A DNA stretch of 64,000 nt from Isurus oxyrinchus (taxonomy: Eukaryota): positions 1,860,001 to 1,924,000 of the forward strand of contig JANJGN010000071.1 of assembly GCA_026770705.1 (NCBI GenBank), in the 5' to 3' direction. Each line of letters begins with the position of its first letter. Position 1 is the stretch's first letter. Below are positions 48,950 through 59,562 of the stretch, piece after piece. The position numbers and the translations under genes were made by a program. The notes under the pieces were generated by a model. The model worked only from the letters and a program-made list of their open reading frames with translations. It was not told the origin of the DNA and made no database searches.

Positions 48950-50400
48950 CTCCCTATCTCTGTAACCTCCTCCAGCCCGTACAACCCTCCCTATCTCTGT
49001 AAACTCCTCCAGCCCCTACACCCCTCCCTATCTCTGTAACCTCCTCCAGCCCGTACAACCCTCCCTATCTCTGTAAACTCCTCCAGCCCCTACAACCCTC
49101 CCTATCTCTGTAACCTCCACCAGGCCTTACAACCCTCCCTATCTCTGTAACCTCCTCCAGCCCCTACACCCCTCCCTATCTCTGTAACCTCCTCCAGCCC
49201 CTACAACCCTCCCTATCTCTGTAACTTCCTCCAGCCCCTACAACCCTCCCTATCTCTGTAACCTCCTCCAGCCCGTACAACCCTCCCTATCTCTGTAACC
49301 TCCTCCAGCCCCTACAACCCTCCCTATCTCTGTAACCTCCTCCAGCCCCTACAACCCTCCCTATCTCTGTAACATCCTCCAGCCCCTACAACAATCCCTA
49401 TCTCTGTAACATCCTACAGTCTCTACAACCCTCCCTATCTCTGTAACCTCCTCCAGTCCCTATAACCCTCCCTACCTCTGTAACCTCCTCCTGACCCGAC
49501 AACCCTCCCTATCTATGTAACCTCCTACAGTCCCCACAACACTCCCTATCTCTGTAACCTCCCCCAGGCCCCACAACCCTCACGATCACTGTAACCTCCT
49601 CCAGACCCTACAACCCTCCCTATCTCTGTAACCTGCTCCAGACCCTACAACCCTCCCTATCTCTGTAACCTGCTCCAGACCCTACAACCCTCCCTATCTC
49701 TGTAACCTGCTCCAGACCCTACAACCCTCCCTATCTCTGTAAAATCCTCCAGGCCCCACAACCCTCACAATCACTGTAACCTCCTCCAGCCCCTACATCC
49801 TCCTGAACTCTATAAGCTCCTCTCCACACTATAACTCTCCCTATCTCTGTAACCTACTGTGGCCCCTACAGCAGTGTCTATTTTGGTAACCTCCTCCAGC
49901 CTCTACAACCCTCCCTACATCTGTAACCTCCTCCAGCCCCCACAACTCCCCCATCTCTGTAACCTCCTACAGCCTCTACAACCCTCCCTATCTCTGTAAC
50001 TTCCTACAGCCCTTACAACCGTCCCTATCTCTGTAACCTCCTACAGCCTCTACAGCCCTCCCTATTTCTGTAACCTCCTCCAGCCCCTACAACCCTCCCT
50101 ATCTCTGTAACCTCCTACAGCCTCTACAACCCTCCCTATCTCTGTAACTTCCTAGAGCCCTTACAACCCTCCCTATCTCTGTAACCTCCTCCAGCCCCTG
50201 CAACCCTCCCTATCTCTGTAACCTCCTCCAGCCCCTACAATCCTCCCTATCTCTGTAACCTCCTCCAGCCCCTACAACCCTCCCTATCTCAGGAGCCTCC
50301 TCCAGCCCCTACAACCCTCCCTATCTCTGTAACCTCCTCCAGCCCCTACAACCCTCCCTATCTCTGTAACCTCCTCCAGCCCCTACAATCCTCTGAGATC
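48950..50400. repeat. 33-bp minisatellite, expanded array
   Basis: More than 40 tandem copies. Confidence 0.95.
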
Positions 50401-50639
50401 TCTGCACTCCTCTAATTCCGGTCTCTTGAGCTACCTCCGATTCCCATCGTTGTGCCATTGGAAGCCATGCCTTCTGCTGCCTGGGGCCCCGAGCTCTGGA
50501 ATTTTATCTCTACAACTCTCCCCACCTCTCCCTCTCTATCTCTCTCTCTCTCACTCTCTCTCTCTCACTCTCTCCCTCTCTCTCTCTCGCTATCCCTTTT
50601 ATCCCTCTTTTAATATTCTTCATAACACAACAACATAAG

Positions 50640-51370
50640 AACATTAGAAATAGGAACAGGAGCAGGCCATTCGGCCCCTCGAGCCTGCTCTCGCTGATCT
50701 GGTTGTGGCCTTAACTCCATTTTCCTGCCTGTCCCACAAACCCTTGACTCCCTTGTCGATCAAAAACCTGCCTCACTCAGCCTTGAGTCTATTCAATGGC
50801 CCAGCCTCCACTGCTCTCTGGGGAAGAGAATTCCACAGGCTAGCGCCCCTCTGAGAGAGGAAATTCCTCCTCATCTCAGTCTTAAATGGGAGAGCCCTCA
50901 TTCCGAAACTGTGCTCCCTGGTTCTAGATTCCCCCACGAGGGGGAAACATCCTCCCAGCATCCACCCTGTCAAGCCCCCTCGGAATCGGATATGTTTCAA
51001 TAAGGTCACTCCTCATTCTTCTAAACTCCAATGGATACAGGCCCAACCTGCTCAACATTTCCTCACAGGACAAACCCTTTAATCCCAGGAATCAGCCCAG
51101 TGAAGCTTCTCTGAACTGCCTGTACACAATGATCCTGTTACAATCTCACTAACGCCCTGTGCAGCTGTTGCAAGACTTCCCTCCTTTTATACTCCATCCC
51201 TTTGCAATAAAGGCCAACATTCCACTTGCCTTCCTCATTCCGTGCTGTTCCTGAATGCTGACTTTCTGTGATTCATGTACAAGGACACCCAGATCCCTCT
51301 GTACTGCATTCTGCAGCCTGTCTCCAGTTAAATAATATCCTGTTTTTCTATTCTTCCTGCCAAAATAATT
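50640..51370 (-). mobile_element. CR1 LINE 3' fragment
   Basis: 'FPLVGESRTR.H..FKTEMRRNF.SQR...LWNSLPQ', 'QRDLGVLVHESQK'; very similar to 4185-4640. Confidence 0.85.
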
Positions 51371-51484
51371 TGTTGCCATTCTCCTCAGTATTGACCATCC
51401 CCCCAATTCAGCCTCATCTGTAAATATCGGGTTCAGTGGATCCACAAACCATTCAGAGTTAAATATTGAGATTTCTCTCCCCAG

Positions 51485-51853
51485 TTGGACTGTCACAAGA
51501 GTGGAAAGGTGACACTCCACGAGAGGTGACAGCGCAGGAAGGTTCGTGTGTACAGATTCCATGTCATTACAGTTATCCATCGTGTCTGGAAAACCAACCG
51601 CGAGGTGGAGTCTGGTTTAATAATGAGAAACAGATTCCCTGGGCTCCCATTGCCTTTCACTCCAAGGATCACAGTCACCAGTTACCACGGTTCCACCATC
51701 GGACCCGGCTGTCTGGAGACCTGAAAGATGGCGACTGTTCCCTGATTATAAACAGCATCACACGGGAAGATGCAGGACCTTATTTTTTCAGAATAGAATT
51801 TGACAATGGTCCGAGCCATAACTATTACCCTGTAACCCAGCTTCACGTTTCTG
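51485..51853 (+). CDS. Siglec-like gene C, V-set exon (open; gene probably pseudogenised or rearranged)
   Basis: 369 nt, phase 1/1; YFFRIE Arg at 51790-51792 retained; no cognate leader exon upstream. Confidence 0.85.
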
Positions 51854-52665
51854 GTAAGTGCTGTGTTATAATTACTCAACAATTCACATTCAACACTCAA
51901 TGGGAAATAACACAAACTGTGATGTTTACATATTAACACAAAACACAGTTTATTATAACACACTGTCTGATTCTCAATAACCTGGTGATAGCTTCCAGTT
52001 CATTCCTAAAGCAACCTCTAATACTCACTTTAATATCAATGATTAAATGTATTGACTGTGTCCATCAATGTTTTCGGGATATCCACTCCCACTGATCTCC
52101 CTAACCCTGTTTGACAGTCTTACATATCGACAAAAGAATGATTCACATTTCTTTAGCACCTTTCACCACCTCTGTCGGTCGCAAATGGATTCACAACCAA
52201 TGAAATAATTCCTGAAATGTCACCCTTGTTGTAATATGGGAAACACAGCAGCCAATTTGTGCACAGGAAGCTCCCAGAAACAGCAATGTGATCAATAACC
52301 TTATCACCTGCTTTAGATGCCGTTTCAGTGATTGGTTCAAATGGATTCTCTCCTGCTGGGAACAGGATAGAATTTAAATTGGCAGATTTCGGAGAAAGTA
52401 ACAAGCCAGTGTGTCAGGAACTGTGAGCTGCTCCCCCACCCTCACCTGGGATTGTCAATTCAATTGTCTCAAAGTGGAAGTGAATTCATCTGAGTGACAG
52501 AAACTCCACTAAGTCTGAAAATAGGAAATTCTCTCCTGATCATTGTAATCTCTCAGTTCTGATATCATCCTTGTAAAAGTGCTTTCTCTTGTGGGACTGT
52601 GGTTTCTATTTGAACTGATGCTTCACGTTATATTTCTCTAAAAGGATCCATTCTCTGTCTGTTAG

Positions 52666-52962
52666 ATTTCACAGATAAACCCACGATATTCCCTGCTGAA
52701 ATTATTGCAGGAAAGTGTGTGGATGTAAGCTGCACCTTCAACACAACGTGCAATGGAACAGCAGCACCTGTCTTAACCTGGGTCACTCCCACTGACGTAC
52801 CTGGATCAGTCTCAAACACTGTAACTCAGCATGATGTCACTCTGACCTATACTTCTGTTCTGACCCTGATCCCATCACTCAAACACCACGGACACACTCT
52901 CAGCTGCAGAGTGAGATATCCATCTGTTTCATCGGAGCGGACCCTTGTACTGACTGTGCAAT
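52666..52962 (+). CDS. Gene C domain 2 exon
   Basis: 297 nt, open, 3 amino-acid differences from gene B D2. Confidence 0.85.
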
Positions 52963-53160
52963 GTAAGTATGAACACCCTTCATTCTATATTAGCTGTAAT
53001 AGGATACATTGTGCAGAGCAAAATCCCACAAACTTCACTGGGTTGAAGACAAAACTGGTCCTTTTTTAATGAGTGATATTGACCAGGGAGAGCTCTTCCT
53101 TGTATTGACCCTTGGGATTGTTTATCCCAACCTGATAGGGCAGAGGGGGCCCAGGTTGTA

Positions 53161-53225
53161 ACTATCAGTGTGTGGCAGAGAATGAACATGGAGCAGTGGA
53201 GGGATTCATAACCATCACTGTGGAA
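53161..53225 (+). pseudogene. 3' remnant of a C2 exon (YQCVAENEHGAVEGFITITVE)
   Basis: Only the last 65 nt and the donor remain; the 5' part and acceptor are deleted. Confidence 0.85.
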
Positions 53226-53964
53226 TGTGAGTGTGGAGATACATTTGTTTGTTTGTTGTCTCCGTGGTCTCCGTGGAGCCATTGGGATCGTGTTGTTTTT
53301 AATCCAGTATTCTTCAATCCTTGCTCAGTCCACGTTATCCACACATCCAATTTTTCCTCTCCCTTTCTGTTTTTGCTCTCAGTTTCTCCTTCAATGGTTG
53401 TCAGGACAAGGCTGTCAGGTCTTCGTTTCCAATCTCCGTACTTGACGACCTTTCTCTCTCTAACTGTCCTGAACAACCCTTTTAATTGCTGAACGTCTCC
53501 TCTTGATCTAAGCCACTCATTGGTCTTTCTATCCATCCAGCTGATTCTGAGCATCTGGCAGCATCTGTGGAGAGAAAGACAGGGTTAGCGTTTGGAGTCT
53601 GTATGACTCTTCTTCAGAGCTAAAGGGAAGTAGACATGTGGTGAAATATATCGTCTAAGGGGGGGGCGATGGGACAGGTGGAGCTGGATAGAAAACCAGC
53701 GATAGGTGGAGGCAATGGAGAGATTGTGGAAGATGTCATAAACAAAAGGTCAAAGGGTTGTTAACAGTGGTGGTATTGGATAAAGGAGGTGCTAATGGTG
53801 ACATTAAGCAGAGTGTGATAATGGGCGGACCAGGGTAAGCACTCTGGAAAGAGACAGATGGGCCTCGTGGGGGTGTGGCAGGGGGAGGGGACGGTGGAGG
53901 GAATAAAGATCGAAAACAGACTAAAACCTGCGGATAAAACAATCAATAAAAATGGAAATGAATT

Positions 53965-54600
53965 TCAAATAATAATAATAAAAATAAGTGGAAAACAGTT
54001 AACAAATAAAACAAATAAAATGAATACATAAAAAAAGGGTTCAAAAAGCAGTGAAGATCGAGGAAAGAGTTCATGCCAGAAATTGTTGATCTCAATATTC
54101 AGACCGGAAGGCTGTAAAGTGCCTGGTCGGAAGATGAGGTGCTGTTCCTCCAGTTTGCGTTGGGCTTCACTGGAACAATGCAGCAGGCCAAGGACGGACA
54201 TGTGGGCATGAGAGCAGGGTGGGATGTTAAAATGGCAAACGACAGGGAGGTCTGGGTCATGCTTGTGGACAGACCGAAGGTGTTCATCAGAGCGATCACC
54301 CAGTCTGTGTTTGGTCTGTCCCATGTAGAGGAGACCACATTGGGAGCAGTGAATGCAGTAGATTAAATTGAAGGAAGTGTACATGAAGCGCTGCTTCACC
54401 TGGAAGGAGTGTTTGGGTCATTGGACAGTGAGGGGGGAGGAAGTAAAGGGGCAGGTGTTGCACTTTCTGTAAATGCATGGGAAGATGTCATCGGAGAGGG
54501 TTGAGGTGCTAGGGGTGATGGAGGAGTGGACCAGGGTGTCCTGGAGGGAATGATCCCTGTGGAATGCCAACGGGGTGGGGGTGAAGGGAAGATGCTTTTG
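53965..54600 (-). mobile_element. Penelope-like element, GIY-YIG endonuclease remnant
   Basis: 'NLIYCIHCSQCGLLYMGQTKHRLGDR..EHLRSV..PVVCHFN..RKLEEQHLIF..GTLQPSGLN'. Confidence 0.85.
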
Positions 54601-54744
54601 ATGGTGGTCAGATTTTGTCCGAAGGAGGTGAGAAATGAGGGAGGGAATTCCAGAGGTTAGGATCCAGGCAGCTGAAGGCACGGCCGCCAATGGTGGAGCG
54701 ATAGGAATCGGGAGAAGGTCAAGAGGCTGGAATTGGAGGTGCAC

Positions 54745-55125
54745 AGAGATCTCGGAGGGTTGTAGAGGCTGGAGGAGTTTACAGAGATAAGGAAGGTTGT
54801 AGGGGCTGGAGGAGGTTACAGAGATAGGGAGGGTTGTAGGGGCTGGAGGAGGTTACTGAGATAGGGAGGTTGTAGGGGCTGGAGGAGGTTACAGAGATAG
54901 GGAGGGTTGTAGGGGCTGAAGGAGGTTACAGAGACAGGGACGGTTGTAGGGGCTGGATGAGGTTACAGAGATCGGAAGGGTTGAAGAGGCTGGAGGAGGT
55001 TACAGCGATAGGGAGAGTTATAGGGTCTGGAGGAGGTTACAGAGATAGGGAGGATTGTAGGGGCTGGAGGATGTTACAGAGATAGGGAGGGTTGTAGGGG
55101 CTGGAGGAGGTATCAGAGATAGGGA
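54745..55125. repeat. 33-bp minisatellite
   Basis: About 11 tandem copies. Confidence 0.9.
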
Positions 55126-55438
55126 GGGAGTAAGGAGGGATTTGAAACGATGTAAATTTTAAAATTGTGGCATTGCCGGACCGGGAGCCAGTGTAGCTCA
55201 GTGACCAACAGGGAGTGATGTGTGAACGGGATTTGGTGTGAATTTGGACATGGGGACAGCAGAGTTTGGGATGAGCTGATGTTTCCGGAGAGTGGAAGAT
55301 GGGAGGTCGGGCAGGAGAGTGTTGAGATAATTGAGTGCGGAGGTAACAAAGGCAGGAATGAGTGTTTCAGTGTGAAGATTCTATCTTACGCTCTAACTTT
55401 GCTATGACGTTGTCTCATTGTTGTCCTTCCCTCCTCAG

Positions 55439-55732
55439 ATAAGCCGGAGATTTCCCAGCAGTCGGAGTGCACTTGGAGGTCAGAGGGGGTCACCTGCGTC
55501 TGTGTGGCCAACTCCAACCCACCCGGAGACCTCACCTGGCACCTGCCCAGTGCCAACATCAGTGGTAACCAAACACACGGAGGTTTTGTGTCGTGGCAGG
55601 TCAGAGATGGGCATCTGGTGACTGGTTCCCTCACCCTGATGAGACCCTAGGATGAGGGGGGAGTGATTGCATCCTGCTCGGTTCAAAACCCACACGGGGA
55701 AGCCATGTTCAAGGAGTATCTGTGGGTCAAAG
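55439..55732 (+). pseudogene. Gene C membrane-proximal Ig exon (MAG D5 / Siglec-5/10-like) with an in-frame stop
   Basis: 294 nt, phase 1/1; KPEISQQSECTWRSEGVTCVCVANSNPPGDLTW..VTGSLTLMRP*..IASCSVQNPHGEA; TAG at 55648-55650; this frame is missing from the ORF track. Confidence 0.85.
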
Positions 55733-56084
55733 GTGAGAACTCGCTCAGGATCGATCTCCACTCAGCTGGATTGATCCCTAAACTCGAGAATTCCCTCCCT
55801 CAACCTCTCCACCTCTCTCTCTACCTCCTCTAAGATGCTCTTTACAACTGACCCCTTTGACCAAGCTTTGAATCACCTGACCTCATGTGACAATGGCAAC
55901 ACTTGGTCAAATTGGAGCCAGGCCGTTCAGGGGGTGATGTCAGGAAGCACTTCTTCACACAAAGGGGAGTGGAAATCTGGAACCCTCTCCCCCAGATAAG
56001 CTGCTTCATTGGGTGCAAGACAGAAAGCTTTGACAAAATGTCCTTTCTCAGCAATACTCAGGTTCTCCTCCCAAACGATGAAAT

Positions 56085-56665
56085 ATTATATATAAATATT
56101 ACATAGATTACATCGAGAAAAATTATATATAAATGTTACATAGATTACGTTGATAAATATTATATATAAATGTTACATGGATTACATTGATAAATATTAT
56201 ATATAAATGTTACATCGATTGCATCGAGAAACATTTTATATAAATGTTACATAGATTACATTGATAAATATATATAAATGTTACATATATTACATTGATA
56301 AATATTATATATAAATGTTACATGGATTAAATCAAGAAATATTATATATAAATATTACAGAGATTAAATGGATAAAAATTATATATAAATGTTACATAGA
56401 TTAAATTGATAAATATATATAAATGTTACATATATTACATTGATAAATATTATATATAAATGTTACATATATTACATTGATAAATATTATATATAAATGT
56501 TACATGGATTAAATCGAGAAACATTATATATAAATATTACAGAGATTAAATGGATAAAAATTATATAGAAATGTTACATAGATTATATTGATAAATATTA
56601 TAAATTTATGCTATAGGGATCACATTGATAAATATTATATATAAATGTTACATGGATTAAATCGA
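56085..56665. repeat. AT-rich 31-33-bp minisatellite (gataaatattatatataaatgttacatggattacatt)
   Basis: About 17 tandem copies; a single unit survives at 32789-32824. Confidence 0.95.
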
Positions 56666-57196
56666 AAAATAAGACTTGCGTTGATAAAATACTTAGGAAT
56701 TCCCAAAACGCTCGATAACCAGTGAAGCAGTTTCAAAGTGAGCTCACTGTCATCATGTAGGAAACGCAACAGCTGATTTGTGCACAGCAAGATCCCACAA
56801 ACAACAGCGTGAAATTGAGGTGATAATTGATTATCTTAGGGAGATTAGTTGATACATATATATAGAAATTACATATATAATATGGGTCACTAATTATCTT
56901 AAGGGAGGGAAACCTGTCCATTTTAACAGGTCTGGGTGTATATGTGACTCCAGTCTCAAACACCAACATGGTTAACTCTTACCTGCCCTCTGAACTGGTC
57001 TCCCAGTTTGGGACAAACCAGTGGTTCAGGAGGAAGACCCCCCACCACCATCTCAAGGGGAAACTAGGGATGGACAATAAATGTCAGCATTGCCCGAGAA
57101 TGAGTATTTAAACACTGAGTGAGTGTATCGCTTCTCGAGATACATCGAAGCATCATTGTAAACCTGTAGTGCAGTAATTAATGGCTGTTTTTACAG

Positions 57197-57293
57197 GTAG
57201 AGACTCCAGTAAATGGACAGTAGAATTGTTCACGGCTGGGATTATGTTGAGTGTTTCCCTGGCTGGAATCTTCATCTTCATCTGTGTGAGAAA
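57197..57293 (+). CDS. Gene C transmembrane exon (RDSSKWTVELFTAGIMLSVSLAGIFIFICVRK)
   Basis: 97 nt, phase 1/2, intact splice sites; G>E and F>S relative to gene B. Confidence 0.85.
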
Positions 57294-58017
57294 GTAAGTT
57301 TGAAGACTTAACTTGATTTTAATATAAACATTTGTTTAGGACTAATTGGACAGTTTTTACAAAGGGCCAGCACAGGCACGATGGGCTGAGTGGCTTCCTC
57401 CTGAGCTGTGAGATTTTAAATTCTTTCAACGAATGTAACTGTCACTGGTGAGGCCGTTATTAAATTGCCCATCTCTAATTGCCCCTTGAGAAGATGGTGG
57501 TGAGCTGCCTTCTTGACCCGCTGCAGTCCATGTGGTGTAGGTACACCCACAGTGCTGTTAGAGAGGGAGTTCCAGGATTTTAACCCAGCGACAGTGAAGG
57601 AACGGTGATATATTTCCAAGTCAGGATGGTGAGTGACTTGGAGGGGAACTTCCAGGTGGTGGTGTTCCCATGTGTCTGCTGCCCTTGTCCTTCTAGATGG
57701 TAGAGGTCGCGGGTTTGGAAGGTGCTGTTGAAGGAGCCTTGCTGATTTGCTGCAGTGCATCTTGTAGATGGTACACACACTGCTGCCACTGTGTGTTCGT
57801 GGTGGAGGGAGTGAATGTTTAATGTGGTGGATGGGGTGTCGATCAATCGGGCTGCTTTGTTCTGGATGGTGTCAAGTTTCTTGATTCTGTGCTTTGTGCA
57901 GAACTGATTTAAAGAGACAGTCCCAGTTGTTGGTGTAAGGTTACAGTGGGCTCTGTGTCTGTGCTGCACTGACTCTCTGCTATGTGATAACCACAGTGTG
58001 ATATTGTGTTATTGCAG

Positions 58018-58099
58018 GAGAAAGACAGCGACGGAGGAGAGAGTTTCAGGGACCAGTGACATTGCATTGACCCCCAGTTCACTCTCTGTGAAGCACCAG
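58018..58099 (+). CDS. Gene C juxtamembrane cytoplasmic exon
   Basis: 82 nt, phase 2/0, open. Confidence 0.85.
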
Positions 58100-59313
58100 G
58101 TACAGGAACTGTTTACACTCACTCCAAAGCTTCAATCTCAGTGTGTAGACAACATGTGTCCCAGATTCCCTGCCCAGTTACCCACTGATTTGTACCTGTG
58201 GAGTCAGCAATGGTTCAGTATCATGCTGTCTCTCTGTTAGGACACAGCAACTGGTAAAGGCTGTTGTTTAAAATCCCAGAGGGAAACTTTAAACAACTGT
58301 CATAACCTATATTTCCCAGTGGAACGTTTGAGATGCAGCTCTAAATTCAGGAATAAGACCACCAGTTCTCGAGATGGTTTTATATCAATCTACATGAGAC
58401 ATTTATTAATTTACACAAGTTAAACATATGCACATGGCTAAAAACTAGTATTATCATAACTTTTTAACAAATTCCCAAACTAATCTCCTCTAAGACAACA
58501 CATAGACTTTAAGCAGATTCCAGCAAAGCATTTTCACCTCACAAATTCCAAATGAGGTTCCTTTCACTTTGGTTCCTTTGCAGACAGGTGTAGGCTTACA
58601 GCTGCTTTGATGTTACAAGCATCTGCTCTGCACACACAAAACTGCTCAAGTTATACCCAGCTCTTCTCTTTGAATGTAAATTCTCATTGAATCATCAGGA
58701 CCTTTGAACTCCACCCTTCATCGTATCAATTTGATTCGTAATATAAACATTGATTCGTTTAAGATTTCACTTTCAGACATTGAATGCTCTGTTTAAAAAT
58801 GCAAATTACCCCTTTATCTCTTTGTTTACATCTCAATACTACTATACATCAAAGTACCCAGACCGGCTGGCTTTAATCCAATTAAAACACACACACACAC
58901 CCACAGACTAAATCCCTGTTTAAAAAGACAATTTCCACTTACATTACATACATTAATAGATTAATAACACCCTATCTCTATCCCTTTCTCTCTTTCTCTT
59001 CCCTCTCATCTTCTCTCTGATTACAAGGTTCTTGTTAATGAGCCTCACGTCAGGCACCTGAGTGCAGAATCCAAGCCGGCACTCACCAGAGCCATTACCG
59101 AGGGAGTGCGAGACTGACAGAGGGTCAGTCCTGAGGGAGTGCTGCGCTGTCGGGGATCAGTACTGAGGGAGTAGTTGGTTTCTTTTATATGATATGAGAG
59201 AGACAGTAAAAGCAACTGAGACACGACTGACAGTAACGAGGCTGCACAATAATTTAACTCTATCAGCGCCAGTAAATGATGTGAGGATGTCTTCTGTTTC
59301 CATTTCTCTGTAG

Positions 59314-59562
59314 GGTAAACAGAACGTGCTGATTACTGAGCCCCGGAACACAACCAGAGACACAACTAGCGAGGGGGAGACCCCAGTTCCCCGGGGTCTC
59401 TCTGAAGGTGCAGTGGGAGGTGATGCTGGACATGGGAACCCTGACAATCCCGCCGAGCTTCTCTACGCCAATCCCCAAGTCTTCAGGGTGCCCAGTGGTG
59501 ATGGGTCTGTCCACAGGGAAGAGGAGACGGAATACGCACAGATCAGATTCAAGCGAAACTGA
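59314..59562 (+). CDS. Gene C terminal exon (LLYANP..TEYAQI)
   Basis: 249 nt, open, TGA at 59560-59562. Confidence 0.85.
   Translation, partial: GKQNVLITEPRNTTRDTTSEGETPVPRGLSEGAVGGDAGHGNPDNPAELLYANPQVFRVPSGDGSVHREEETEYAQIRFKRN

Noticed and set aside
57223-57225. Charged TM residue suggesting an activating paired receptor (gene C)
   Set aside because: The residue is Glu near the outer edge of the helix; DAP12/FcR-gamma-coupled Siglecs use a basic Lys/Arg, so activation is unsupported
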